Source: an uncultured Chloroflexia bacterium (GTDB lineage: Bacteria > Chloroflexota > Anaerolineae > B4-G1 > SLSP01). Taken from it: a DNA stretch of 64,000 nucleotides. The notes beneath the pieces were generated by a model. It had not been told where the DNA came from. It saw only the letters and a program-made list of their open reading frames with translations, and ran no database searches. Numbering within the stretch: position 1 is the first letter of the stretch; the number at the start of each line of letters is the position of its first letter. Below, piece after piece: positions 1-12,740 of this stretch. The stretch lies in NCBI GenBank assembly GCA_963751345.1, contig CAVVUS010000032.1, positions 26,271 to 90,270 on the forward strand, in the 5' to 3' direction. Position numbers and translations under genes: made by a program.

Positions 1-1660
1 ACCAGGCCGATGGATGGCAGGCCTGCCCGCCCCAGGGCCTCTATCTCGACTGGAACGACCCCGGCAATCTGTGGGGCAGCTTCGTCTACACGACCGTGAG
101 CCGCTACGCCGGAAAGGTCAACGTCTGGGAGATCTGGAACGAGCCCGACCTCTGGAACTGGTTCTGGCAGGGCTCGGTGGATGACTACGCGCAACTTCTG
201 CGCGTCGGCTATCTGGCCACCAAGGCCGCCGACCCCAACGCCACGGTGCTCTTCGCCGGGCTGGCCTACTGGGCCAACCCCGCCTACTACGTCGCCGTTC
301 TGGACGCGCTCCAGAGCCTGCCGGGCGCCGCGCAACACGATTACTTCTTTGACGTGATGTCCCTGCACCTCTACAGCAACGTCTACCAGATCCGTCCCAT
401 CGCCGCCGAAATCCAGGCCAATATGGCCTCGCGCGTCGGGCCGCACCCCATCTGGCTGACCGAGACCGGCGTTCCGCTGTGGGACGAATGGACGTCGGGC
501 TTTCCCGAGACCTACAAGATCAACCGCGCGACCGCCGAGGAGGCAGCGGCCTATGTGATTGAGGCCTTCTCCGAGGCTCGCTCCATCGGGATCGAGCGCT
601 TCATCGTCTTCAGGACCCACGACGAGGCGATGAGCGGGCCCGGCGGCCTGCCGGAGTACTTCGGCCTGGTTCGCAACGACCTGACGCTGCGCCCGGCCTA
701 CAGCGCCTTCCAGACCGCGGCGACCTATCTCTACGGGGAGAACCAGGTCACCGGCCCCTTCTCGAACGAGGGCATTCGCCGGATCACCTTCTGGGGCACC
801 CCGCGCGGGCGCATCGACGTGCTCTGGAACACGACCGGCGCCCCGGTCACCTTTGGCCTCCCCGCCTATCTGCCTGAGGCCACCGCCGTCACCTACCGTG
901 GCATGACCTCGACGCTCTCCGCCGCGAGCGGCGTCTACACCTTGACGCTCGCGCCGGCTACCGCCAATACCGCCGCGGATGGCAGCTACCTCATCGGCGG
1001 GCCGCCCGTCCTCGTGATCCAGGCCGACACCCAGCCACCGACGTCGTCGCTCCATCCTCTGCCCTCGGTAACCTTCACGTCCGGCGTCACGCTGAGCTGG
1101 GACGTGATCGACGAGGGCACCGGCTACTGGTACGCCGAGATCGAGCGCGCCTCCGCACCCACGGGGCCGTGGACCACGGCAGCGGGCTGGGGCGACACCG
1201 ATGACGCCATCACCGCCGTCGTGCCGGTCACGACCTCCGGCACCGCCTACTTCCGGCTGCGCGCTCGTGACAATGCGGGCAACTGGGAAGCGTGGCCCAC
1301 GACGGCTGAGGCATCGACCCGCGCCATGCTGACCCGCACCGTTGCCCTCTCAGTGACCGCTTCTTATGCCGGACACCATCGGGGAGCATGTTTCCGGGCC
1401 TACGCAGTGGAGTTCGTCTGGGCCGACGCGGCTCGGGACACGTCATCAGCACAAGCCGAGGAACCGTCAGGCCTGGCAGATCACGCAGACCGTTGATGCC
1501 GGGCAGCTACCTCGTCACCGCCCGGGCACCCGGTACGCTTATGGCCGTCCACCGTTTTGACGTCACGCCCGGCATAGCCCCGCTCACCGTCACCGCCACG
1601 CTGCCGCTCAAGCTTATCGTCGCCAGCGTCTATATGCCCATGGTCATGCGTGGTCCCTGA
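1..1660 (+). CDS. Secreted glycoside hydrolase (GH39/GH5-like TIM barrel) with Fn3/Ig-like C-terminal domains; 5'-partial, frameshifted near 1370-1500
   Basis: Frame is open from position 3. Motifs WEIWNEPD (acid/base), SLHLY and IWLTETG (nucleophile); Fn3-like YFRLRARDNAGNWE. The last frame ends SVYMPMVMRGP*. Confidence 0.8.
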
Positions 1661-1714
1661 GTCGTCGCCCTGATGCACCACGTCCGTCTCGCGGCGCCCA
1701 GCCGGGTCCGTAGG

Positions 1715-1773
1715 TGCGGCCTTCGGTCGTTCCGCCCACCTGTCCGGAACCGATGAATCGGTGACCACGGACC
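1715..1773. repeat. REP-like palindrome (GAACCGATGAATCGGT family)
   Basis: Shares GAACCGATGAATCGGT with 15959-16050 and is related to 55252-55312. Confidence 0.55.
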
Positions 1774-3093
1774 CTCGCCGCGCAGCCCTGGCGCTCATCC
1801 TCTCCTCCATCCTCGTCCTCACCGGGTGCGCAGCAATCGCCCTGCCTGACGCCACTCCTACCGCGACGATCACCGGTACGCTGGACGCGGCTGCCGCGTT
1901 TGCCGCCAAGGGCGAATACACCGCCGCGGAGTCCCTCTACCGGGTGGCCATCGATGCTGCGCCGGACGATCCGACCCCGGCCCTCGTCCTGTCCGATCTC
2001 TATCTCGCCTGGGGCCGCCCAACCGACGGGCTCGCCGCGCTGGACACAGCCACCGCCCGCGGCGCCACTGCCGAAGAGGAAAGCTCCCGCCGCCTGGCGC
2101 TGCTGAGCGCCGCAGGCGAATGGCGCCAGGTCACCGCCCTGGCGGGGAGCATGCTGGAAGCCGACCCGGCCAACGGCGACGCCCTCGCTGCGCTGACCCG
2201 GGCTGCCCTTCAGCTTGGAGCGTGCGACGAGGCCCAGGAGGCAGCGGAGCGCGCCGTCACCGCCCATCCCACGGACGCCCGGGCCATCGAAGCCGCGGCA
2301 CTGCTCGACGCGGACTACGCTCGGTTAGCGGACGTCGCGCCCGACCTTGGTCGCGGGGCTGGGAACCTGCTCGGAGGGCTGCGACCGCGCGGTCGGCATG
2401 CGGCTCGTCCGCGAGGGACGTTGGGATTACGCGGTCTGTCTGCTGCAGCGTGCAGCGGTCGCCGATCCGCAGGACGCGGAGGTCCAGGCCTGGCTTGGGG
2501 AGTCCTATAGCCGCCTCGGCCGGCCCAACGCTGCCTACGTCCATCTGCGCGCCGCGGTCGAGCTGGCGCCCGACCTGCCGCAGGCGTGGCTGCTCCTGGG
2601 CAAGCTCACGCTCGTGACGGGCAACTTGGACGACGCCCGCGTCGCACTGCTCAACGCCCAGAAGCTCGACCCGGCCAACCCCGCCGCCTGCCTCGCCGTA
2701 GCCGAGCTCCAGGCGCGGGCCGGGAAGTATGGTGAGGTCGATCGCTGGACCCAAGCTGCGCTTGACCGGGCGCCCGAGGATGCGGAGGTCTGGAAGGCCG
2801 TCGCGCGCTTCTACCTCAGCCGCGACCTCGCCGGCAACGCGGTGGCCCGGGAGGCCACCGCCATGGCCGTGGACCTGGCCCCCGGCGACGCCGAGGCCCA
2901 CCTGCTAAGCGGCTGGATTCAACTGCTGCAGGGCCGTCCGGCAGAGGCGCTGGAAGCCCTCGACCGCGCCGTCGCGCTGGATCCCACGCTCGCCGAGGCC
3001 TACTACCGCCAGGCGCAGGCCCTCACCGCCACCGGCGATCCTGCCCGCGCCGAGCAGGCCCTCACCCGCGCCGCCGACCTCGGCTACCGCTGA
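1761..3093 (+). CDS. Tetratricopeptide-repeat lipoprotein (frameshift near 2347)
   Basis: Signal peptide with LTGC lipobox; TPR repeats in both ORF halves (1761..2510 and 2347..3093). Confidence 0.8.
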
Positions 3094-3124
3094 GTGTCTC
3101 GGCTGCGCCACCGTACGCCATCAT

Positions 3125-3159
3125 AGATTGGACCAATCTCGGAAGATTGGTGCCAATCT
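3125..3159. repeat. AGATTGG(N)CCAATCT double palindrome
   Basis: Same motif at 19325-19350 and 52626-52657. Confidence 0.65.
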
Positions 3160-3187
3160 TGTGCATCGCCCGTGTGGCCCGTGGTTC

Positions 3188-6100
3188 TCAGGGCATGACC
3201 GTCACCGTGCCCAACACAATCTCATCCGCCCCCGACGAGGTCGTCAGCCGCACGCCGTCAGCATCGTACAACCCCACCCGCACCTCGTAGGTGCCATCCG
3301 CGGCCCCATCGGGGATCGTGACCGCCCGCGGATCGACGACGACCTCACCGACCGCCCAACCGGTCGTCGGCCGCGTCCAACCCACCGGCTCACCGTCGTC
3401 CTGCGCCACCAGCGTGCCATCCGGGCCCACCAGATGCAGAAAGACGCGATACGCCACGTCCATCTCCTCCGTCGCCTGCCACGCCAGCGCAACGTCCAGG
3501 CGGTCGCCCGGCGCGACTTGCTCGGCGCTCAACCGGTACCCCGCCAGGCGCACACGCCCGCCCAATACCTCGTCCGTGGCCACGAAGTCGCCCGGCACCG
3601 TCCACACCCGCTCCGGCGCCTCGACCTGCAGCGACCAGCGTCGCAAGCCGGCAGTCACCCAGCATCATCGACAGCGTCGTGTCCCCCGAATCGAGCGACC
3701 CAGGCAGCCGCAGCGCCGTCCGGCCTACCCACCGGTCGCCCTCCGCCCAGCGGCTCGTCGGCCACCAGCCGACCGGCGCCTGATCCCCCCACCGGTTCAG
3801 CGTGACACCATCGGCATCCGCCAGCACAAACGTGAGGGTCAGATCCTCGCCCGGCGCCGCCGTAGCCTCCCACGCCGTCGCAACGGTGAGAAGATCGCCC
3901 GGCGCGACCTGCCGCGGGCGGACATCCGCCCCCAGCAGCTTCAGCGCACCGCAGGTCACGCCTTCGGACGTCGCCCCCGCGCCCAACTCGCCCGCCTCCG
4001 GGACCACCGAAGGCGGGCGCACCTCGATCTCGCCGATCGTCAACTCCGGCCCCACAGGATTCCCGTCGGGGCCGATCACCGACGCCGGCACGGCGGTTGC
4101 CCGGTCGAACAGAGCCAGCGTCAACGTGAAACGCCCGGGCGCCAGACCAGCCGGCAGATCGACGTCGTAGTCCATCCGCGCGTAAGCATCGCTCGCCCAC
4201 TCCGACAGCGGCGGCGGCGTCCTCGCCCAGCGGGCGGGCCGCAGCTCGGCGGGCCATCGCGAGCCGTCAGGCGCGATCAGCGTCAGCCCCACGTGCCAAT
4301 CTGCACTCCCGGGATCCAGCGCACGCCAATAGAGCGTGAGTACCGGGCTTGCGTCGGCCTGGACCGCGTCCGGCAGCGGCTCCATCCCCAGCAGCATCGC
4401 CCGATTCCCGAAGTCCACGTTCGCAGGCGAAACGACGCCGCTCAGCGTACCGTCAGGGTCCAGCCGCGTCGCGCGCCACGCCACGCCCAACGGGTCCACC
4501 ACGCCGACCTTCACGGCGACGACCGCGACGACGGCTGCCAGCGCAAACCCGGAGGAGATCCAGGGGAGCGCCGGCCGACTCCGGGCAGACCTTTGGGGTT
4601 TTCCTGTCGAGTGGGCGCTGCGCTTGAGAGGAAAACCCCAAAGGTCTTCTGCGACCGTGACGACCACAAGCAGCGCCCACGCTCAGACACCGACAGCCCA
4701 TCGCCACCCCACCGGATCGGCGTCTCGCCAAACCACACCTCGACCGTGTGCTCACCCGCTGGCACCTCAAAGGTCAGCAGCCCCGACCCCGCCTCGGGTG
4801 CCACCGCCACCGGTGCACCGTCCACCGTCGCACGCCAGCCGGGATAGTAGAACGCCAGGTAACGCGCGCGAAACGCCACCGGCGTCTCGATCCCTAGCTC
4901 GGCGCTCTGCGCGCCATACCGGGCATCGACGATCCGCGCGCCCTCCGGCAGGTCCGCCGGGCTCAGCCGCTCAATAGGCCCCCCTGCAGCATACTGGGCG
5001 TCCAGGCTGACGTCCGGGAACTGCTGCACCCAGATCGGCAGGTACTCGCCCTTGGCCGTCGTCCCGAGCGTGTCGGTCAGCCGCTCCCAGCGAATCATCC
5101 CGGCGACCGTCGGATCGGCCCGGCGCGGCGCAATGGTCGGGGTAGAACCAGCCCAGGTTGGCCAGGATCAGACTGCGAGCGCCACGCACGACCCGCCGTC
5201 CCTCCGGCGCGCACCAGCGTGCCGCCCGTCCTCGCGCCCGCCCATCAGCGCCCCGGCCCCAATCCCTGTCAACAGGGCGATGCAGAAGGCCGCCGGCCCG
5301 AGATAGCGCCACGGGAATTGGACAAAGCTCAGGAGCGGGATGGCGTTCCAGATCGCGCCGGAGGCAGAGAGCGTGAGGAAGGCCGTGCCCAGCGCCGTGA
5401 CCCACAGCGCGCCCACCTGCCAGCGCGCCGATCTCGACAGCCGTCGCCACGCAGCGACGGACAATAGCGCCAGCAGCACGGGCACCAGCCCGAGCGCCTT
5501 CTCGGGCCAATCGTTCAGGAGCGCCGGATCGGCTCGCCGCGGCAGCGCCAGCATGTGACCCACCGAAAGGAAGTTGTAGCGATAGTCGAAGACCCACGTG
5601 CCCAGGAGCCGCCCGGTCTGCACGAGCGGTCGCTCCGCCACGGCGGGCAGCCAGAAGAAGGCCGTGATACCTAGCCCCAGCAAGCCCAGCATCGCGCCCC
5701 GCCAGAGGACGGCCCAACTCCGCCGGGCCAGGGCATTGGCGATCACCCACAGCCCAAAGACGGGTGCGAAGAGGAAGGCAAAGAGGTGGTGGCTGAGCAC
5801 CATAGCGGCAAACGCCCCGACGCCCAGCAGGAGGAACCGCCGGTCGCGATCGACCGACCACCGGTGAAGGCCAAGCAGCACCAGCGGCGGAAACGCCCAG
5901 GCAAAGGCCTCCCAGAGGCTGCCGCGGTTGAACACGTCATAGGCCTGGAAGGGCGCGTAGGCATAGGCGACAGCGGCGACCAGCCCCGCTCCCATCGCCC
6001 TGCTCCGTCTCCCCGCCTCCGATCGACCGCGCTGCAACCAGCGTCACCGTCAGCCAGAACATGCCCCCGCACCCGATAACCAACCCCAGGGCGAAGACCA

Positions 6101-6407
6101 CGTTGAGCGCCACCGGCCACGCTGCCCCCAGGCGATGGACGAGCGCGACCAACGATGGGGGGAAGGGTGAGGCGAAGACGAAGAGCGGGAAGCCTAGACC
6201 CAGCGCCATGTCCGGCGCCCACCGGCTGAAGAGGATGCCATCGTCCCACAGCCGCGCGATCTGCACCGCCCGGTAGAGGTGAAAGGCGTCGTCGTACCCG
6301 CAGGTGAGGTCGCCGCCGGCGAGCGGCTGCACCACGGGTACCAATGCAATGGCCAGCGCAACCAGGGTCAGGGCGAGCGCAATCGTCCTCTGCGCTGCGG
6401 GTTTCAT
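3188..6407 (-). CDS. GT-C fold membrane glycosyltransferase-like protein (PTPS-related/YfhO-like) with C-terminal tandem Ig-like repeats; several frameshifts
   Basis: Joined ORFs 5937..6458, 5168..6037, 4511..5098, 3390..4667, 3188..3658. Motifs FHLYR, SRWAPDMALGLGFPLF, QFPWRYL, FYYPGWRA; repeats of VFLHL..AQDDGEP..W.RPT..W..GEVV.D. Confidence 0.75.
4587..4647. repeat. AGACCTTTGGGG...CCCCAAAGGTCT palindromic element inside a CDS
   Basis: 19-bp perfect inverted repeat; close copy at 57810-57868. Confidence 0.85.
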
Positions 6408-6411
6408 CTGC

Positions 6412-9400
6412 CTACCGGACCGAAATCGTCGCCACCACGGCGCCATCGTCGCCCTCACCCGTCGCCAGGCGGCTGCCGCCGGGCAGGTAGAGCCCCAGCC
6501 GGAGAACGTACGTACCCGGCGCTGTGCCTTCCGGCACGGTCATCGTGCGCTGCTCCGTGACGACTTCGCCCTCGGCCCATCCCGTCGTCGGTCGCGTCCA
6601 GTTTGCCGGCTCGCCGTCGCTCTGGGCCACGAGGTTGCCCTCGCTGTCTAGCAGGTGCACGAAGACCCGGTACGACGCATCGACCTCGCCCAGCGCTCGC
6701 CACGCCAACTCGACGTCCAACGCGTCGCCGGAGTCCACCATGGTAGGCGGCCCCACAATCCCCGCGAGCTCGATCGCGTCGCCGAATGTGACCGCCATAG
6801 GCGAGAACCGCTCCGGCACGGACCAGGCACGGTCTGGCGCCTCCACATCCAGCCACATCTGGGCCAGGTCCTCATCGCACCCCGTGACCCGCATCACCAG
6901 CGTATAGGTGCCGCTCGTAAGCCCTCCGGGGAGGCGGATGATGTGGTGTCCGGCCCAACGATCCCCCTCACGCCAGAGATCCGTGGGCCAACCGTCGGCG
7001 ACCGGGGGCAACGTCCACGACCGTGCGACGGTGCCGTATTGGTCCTCGATCGTCACGATCGCAGCCAGGTTCTTCGCCGGCGTTCCCAACGCCTCCCACA
7101 CCCACGTGATCGCCACGACATCGCCGGGCACCCCAACCTGGCGGTCCAGCGACATCGACCACAGGCCCATCTCGCCGCAGTGGGTCAGTGTGGCGCTCGT
7201 CGGGACGCCCAGCGCCGCCAGACTCGCCCGTTGGCTGGGTGGCTTGACCTCGACCGTCCCCACGACGAGATCCGGGCCAAGGGGCTGGCCCTCCCCATCC
7301 AGTGCCGAAGCAGGCTGGAGCGTCTTGACGTCGAAGACGGCGACGACGACGTCGTAGGTGCCGGGCGGCGTGCCGGGTAGCGCCGTCACAAGATGCGGGT
7401 CATAGGCATAGTTCCCCGGCTGCCACGCACTCGTCGAGATCGGCTGCTCGTAGCCGCGTGGACGCTCGGTCCCTGCCGGGCTCCACGTCCTGCCGTCCGG
7501 GTCGCGCAGCAGTACCGTCGTGACATAGTCCGTGTCCGGCTTCACGTCGGCCGACCAGAGCAAATCCACCGGCAGCTCCCCATCCGCGGCCATCGTCCCG
7601 ATGTCGAAGGTCATCCCCACAAGCCTAAGTCCACCCGAGAACGACACATCCATCGCCCGCGAGACCTCGGGCAGCCCGCCATTCGCCAACCGCGACCGCT
7701 GCACGGGGGAAGCTACGGTGTCCACCACAGTGAGACGGACGACGGCCAGCCCCGCGGCGATCGCCAGAAGCACCACGCAGTAAAGCCCCGCTCCCGCCTC
7801 TACGATGAGGGCCGGTCGCCGTCTGCTGCGGCCCCTGCGCCGGCGGCGCGCCCTGCACTGGGCGACGTCGCCTACGCCCCGGCCCCCACAGCGCCCACCC
7901 CAGCGTCAGCGCGACGCCCACCAGCGACAGCGCAGCACCCAGATCACGTATGGGGGTCGAGCCGAAATACACCATAACCAGGTGCTCCCCCGCGGGCACG
8001 GCGAATGTGATCAGGCCGGTGTCGTTCTCCGGCGCCACCGGCACGTCAACCCCGTCGATCTGCGCCCGCCATCCCGGAAAGTAGAGACCCAGCCACCGCG
8101 CTCTAAACCCTACCGGCGTGTCGATGGCCACGGCAGACGCCAGCGGACGGTACTCCGATCGCACGACCTTCGCCCCCGCGGGGAGCGAGTCCATGTCCAT
8201 TCGCTCCGGGAGGTAGCCGTCGGCGAAGTCCGACGCCAGGCCCGTGTCCGACGGATGCGTCTCAACCCAGATGGGGAAATAGCTGCTTTCGGGGTCCATC
8301 CCCATCCAGCCATCCTCCTCGCGGGCATAGAGGTCCGCGAGCGTGGGGTAACGACCTGCCGAGCACATCCCCTTGGGGGGATAGGTGTCGGGCCACGATA
8401 GGAGCGTCAGCGCGATCATCACGGACGAAGTGGCCAGAATGGCCACCCAGGTAGGCACCCGATTCTCACGATCGCGCGCCCGCCCTGTCGGCCCGTCCGA
8501 CCATAGCGAGGCCGCTTGCCCGGCGAGCAGGCTGAGCGGAAGCAGCGCCCGACCGACGAGCCGCCAGGGGAACTGCACGAACGAGAGCAAACCCACACGC
8601 TCCCAGACCGCCACAGACCCCGGTGTCGCCATCCACAGATACGCCCCGGCTGCCGCGACCATCAACAGCGTGATCGACCGTTGCTGGCGGCTCACCCCGC
8701 CGCGCAGCCCTACGACCGCCCCGATGACGCCCAACACCAGTTGGCCGATGCCCACCGAGACGCGCATCGGCGGGTTGAGATAGTCGGGGTCGTGCGCCAC
8801 GGGCGGCGTGAGGAGCATCTCCTGCCAGGTGACGAAGTTGTAGTGGAAGTCATTGTTCCGCGTCGCCCGCGAGAGGTCGAGCTGCACCATGCCCCGCTCG
8901 GCCAACGCGGGCAGCCAGAACCAGGCCGTGAGCAATATCGCTGCCCCGACGACCAGAAACGCCGTCATCCAGCCCTTGCGGTCGCGGTAGAGAAACGCCA
9001 GCAGGACGACATAGAGGCCCAGGAATGGCGCCGCCAGCAGCGACGAGATGTTGTGGGTCAGGAAGAGGGCCACCAGCAGAACCAACGTTGCGAACGCCGT
9101 CCCGCGACGGCGCCCCAGCACCACGCGCCGGATCGCCACGAAGAGCCACGGGAGCAGGGCCAGGGCCACCGATTCCGGCAGATTCCCACGTCGCAGCGGA
9201 TCGAGAAGCACATACGGCCCGAGGCCGTAGGCGACGCCCGCGATCCACCCCGCATGCTCGCCGAAGAGGTCGCGCGCCAGCACGTAGGCCCCCCAGGCCG
9301 CCCCGACCAGGCTTGCAGCGTAGATCAGGCCCAGCACCAGCGAGAGCGGCAGCCCGGCCAGGTAACCCGCCTCCCCCACCCAATACGGCAGCGGCTCGCG

Positions 9401-9643
9401 GTAGTTGAAGAAGGGGTAGCCGTAGCCGAGTGCCAGATTAGGCACCCATCGAGAGAAGACCCAACCGTGGTCAAGCATGCTGCGCATCGCGACGATGCGA
9501 TACGCGTGGAACATGTTGTCGTGGGTGCAGGGAAGCAGGCCGGCCTGCAGGAGGGGTAACAACGCCGGCAGCAGTAACAGCCCCAGGACCACGGGCCCGG
9601 TCACCACGCCCAGGACACGTCTCAAGGCTGTGTTGGGCGGCAA
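6412..9643 (-). CDS. Paralogous GT-C fold membrane glycosyltransferase-like protein with Ig-like repeats; frameshift near 7780-7880; start approximate
   Basis: Motifs FHAYR, SRWVPNLALGYGYPFF, QFPWRL, LYFPGWRA; same C-terminal repeats as the downstream paralog. Confidence 0.75.
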
Positions 9644-9651
9644 GAGGAAGC

Positions 9652-10300
9652 CTACGGATTCCGCCTTGACTCGCGGTAGACGTGAACCATACGCTGCACC
9701 ACCGTGAACCAGGTGAGGACGGTCAGTCCAATGAGCACTTGCACCGGCCACGGCGAGAGCAGGCCTGCGGCCAGCACCACCACGCGCACGGGCCGTGTCA
9801 GGAGCCCCACCTTGCACGCGTAGCCCACGCCTTCGGCTCGCGCCCGCGTGTAGCTCACCATCACCGACGCCTAGCAGCGCAAACGTCGCCATCAGCACGC
9901 CGAGGTCAATCCGTTGTCGCAGGAACCAGGCCAGCAGGCCGAGGAGCACCGCGCCTTCGGAGAGACGGTCCAGCGTCGAATCCAGGAAAGCACCGAACCG
10001 GCTCTGCTGTGATGTCTCCCGCGCCAGCGCGCCGTCCAGCGCGTCCGTCGCAGAGGCCACCAGCATCACAATCCCTCCCACCCCCAGCCGCCCCGTCATA
10101 ACGATGAAGCCGGCGGCAACATTCAGGATGAACCCGACGATCGTGATGGTATTGGGGTGAAGCTGCAGCCGCGCGAGGTCTCGGACGATGGGTTTCACAA
10201 TGCCGACCACCTGCGCCCGCAGCCAGTCGTCGGTTGTCATGTGCTGCCGGTGTTTGCCGAGGTCCGCTTGGTTCTTGATCACGGCGCTATCGTAGTCCAT
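9652..10300 (-). CDS. pgsA: CDP-alcohol phosphatidyltransferase (PgsA/PIP synthase family); frameshift near 9865
   Basis: HPNTIT and D-x-x-DG-x-x-AR...G-x-x-x-DSTLDR signature, followed by MVSYTRARAEG in the next frame. Confidence 0.85.
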
Positions 10301-10321
10301 TCCACGAAGGAGTCAAACGGA

Positions 10322-10361
10322 GAGCGTTGGAACGTTCCAACGTGCTAACGTTCCAACGCTC
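10322..10361. repeat. 8-bp periodic GTTnnAAC repeat
   Basis: gttggaac/gttccaac/gtgctaac/gttccaac; similar arrays at 30558, 45419 and 48694. Confidence 0.7.
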
Positions 10362-10404
10362 TTCAGTTGTCCCCACCCACCATCGCACTACAATACACCC
10401 CACC

Positions 10405-12241
10405 ATGCCCATTCGACTTCTGCCCGAGACCGTCGCATCCCGCATTGCCGCGGGCGAGGTAGTCGAGCGTCCCGCCTCCGTCGTCAAGGAACTCATCGAG
10501 AACAGCCTCGACGCCGGAAGCACGCGAATCGAGATCGAGACCCGCGACGGCGGCGCCACCTTGATCCGCGTCCGGGACAATGGCGTCGGCATCCCCGCTG
10601 CCGAGGTGGCGCTCGCCTTCCGCCGGCACGCCACCAGCAAGCTGGAGACCGCCGCGGACCTCGACCACATCGACACCCTGGGCTTCCGCGGCGAGGCGCT
10701 CGCCAGCATAGCGGCGGTGAGCCGGACCACGTGCATCACCCGCTGCGTCTCCGAGGCCGTCGGTACCCGCCTGCGTCTCGACGGCGGTGACGTGGTCGCA
10801 CAGACCTCGGTGGGACGCCCTCCGGGCACCGAACTCATCATCGAGGACCTCTTCTATAACGTCCCGGCCCGTCGCAAGTTCATGCGCTCCGAACGCACCG
10901 AGCGTCGCCACATCGACAGCTTCGTGACACGCTATGCCGTCGCCTATCCCGATACAGCTTTCATCGTCACCCACGACGGCCGTGAGATCCTTGCCACGCC
11001 CGGCAACGGCGACACCCGCGAGGTGCTGCTCAGCGTCTACGGCACCGACCTCGGCGCGAGCCTCCTGGAGGTCCCCGCTTCGCTGACCGAGGGCCAGGCC
11101 ATCCGCGTCGGCGGCTTCGTCGGCCCCACCACCGTCCACCGCGCCAACCGCGGTTACCTCACGCTCTTCATCAACGGGCGCTGGATCGAGGACCTGCGCC
11201 TCACCTACGCCATCATCCAGGCCTATCACACGCTGCTGCCCATCAACCGCTTCCCGGTCGCCTTCGTCATCGTCGAGCTCCCCGCTGAGGACGTGGACGT
11301 CAACGTCCACCCGGCCAAGTCCGAGGTCCGCTTCAGGGACAGCGATGAGGTCTTCCGCGCCATCCAGCGCACGGTCCGCGCCACCGTCGTCAACGAGGCG
11401 CCCGCCGCATCGTCGTGGGCACCGGGGGCGGGGCAGTCCGGCGCTCCGGCCACCCCGGGCGGAGGGGAATCGTTCAGAAGCAGGCTTGCAGCACTCCAGC
11501 CGTCTCAGGAGCACATCCGCTTCCCGGAGGAGGACAGGGGCCGAGGATTCGAGGGTGACGGGCGACGCAGCATCCGCTAATCGTGCCGTGGGACCGGCCG
11601 GGACATCGCCCATCGCGCCTGCCGACGTGGTCCGGCCCGCCGTCGCCGGATCAGGCGCCGAACGGCTCCCGCCGCTGCGCATCGTTGGCCAGTTGGCCAC
11701 GATGTTCATCATCACCGAAGGGCCCGACGGCCTCTACCTCATCGACCAGCACGCCGCCCACGAGCGCGTGCTCTACGAGCAGTTGCGCTCCCAGGCCACC
11801 CGTGGCCAGGTCCCCCGACAGCCATTGCTGGAACCACAGATCGTCTCGCTGCCCCCCGACGAGGCGGATCGGCTGGAGGAATTGCTGCCCGCGCTCATCG
11901 AGCTGGGGCTCGACGTCGAGGCCTTTGGCCCCAACACCTTCCTCGTCAGGGCCGTGCCCGTCGCGCTCCGGACCGTCTCACCCGGTGACCTGCTTGCCGA
12001 CGTCGCCGCCTCCACCGGCACCTCGCCGGTGCGCCGGGAGCTCGAGGAGCAAATCATCCGCCACATCTGCAAACGCGCCGCGGTGAAAGCCGGCCAGGTG
12101 CTCTCCGGCGAGGAGATGGACCGGCTCGTCAGGGATCTTGAGCGGACGGAGAACCCGCGCACCTGCCCCCACGGACGCCCGACGATCGTCCAGATCTCGA
12201 CCGAGGCCCTCGCCCGCCAATTCGGCCGCCCCGGCGCCTGA
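10405..12241 (+). CDS. mutL: DNA mismatch repair endonuclease MutL; frameshift in the linker near 11550
   Basis: IAAGEVVERPASVVKELIENSLDAG, GFRGEAL, DVNVHPAK, DQHAAHER, CPHGRP. Confidence 0.95.
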
Positions 12242-12280
12242 TCCCCAAAGGTCTCGGCCCTAGTGCAAAGTCAGTAGAGC

Positions 12281-12405
12281 TGTTCGGGAACGGATTTCAA
12301 CCTCGTTCCAGGCGGATCTGTGATCCGCCTGGTCTCACGTGCAGACGGCGGATCACAGATCCGCCTGAAACGTATGCCCTGGGAACCTATCACCGAGAAG
12401 CTGCT
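12281..12405. repeat. ~125-bp REP/MITE-like element with GGCGGATCTGTGATCCGCC palindromes
   Basis: Reverse-complement copy at 39308-39432; core also at 35917-35972. Confidence 0.8.
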
Positions 12406-12416
12406 ACGCAACTGCC

Positions 12417-12652
12417 CTAGCTCCCCGGCCCCAGCAGCAGATAGAGCCCGTAGCACACCGCCCCAGCACCACCGGCACCGCCACGATCCCCAGCGCGAAG
12501 AGGATCGCCACGAGACTGTAGTGAAAGAAGTCGACCCGGGTAAAACCCGTCTGCTCGTCCATCACGCGCGGATGGATCCGTGCGCCGCATGCCGGGCAGC
12601 GCTCCGTGCCGTCCGCCACCATCGTCCCGCACTTCGGACAGAACTCCGGCAT
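12417..12652 (-). CDS. Small zinc-ribbon membrane protein (frameshift near the 3' end)
   Basis: MPEFCPKCG...RCPACG followed by a hydrophobic helix; GGAGGT RBS upstream. Confidence 0.7.
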
Positions 12653-12740
12653 CCCACCTCCTTCGGGAGAGCCTACTGCTCCCTCCCCTATCCGGTCTGC
12701 GAGCGTCTGGAGGGGCGCCCTCACGGTCCACCGCTGTTGC

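Noticed and set aside
7625-10300. 891-aa PgsA-glycosyltransferase fusion in the ORF track
   Set aside because: Produced by a frameshift in pgsA; the true pgsA C-terminus and stop (9652) are in another frame.
11500-11600. Split mutL as a real mutator allele explaining the indels
   Set aside because: It cannot be distinguished from the same sequencing error seen elsewhere without reads.
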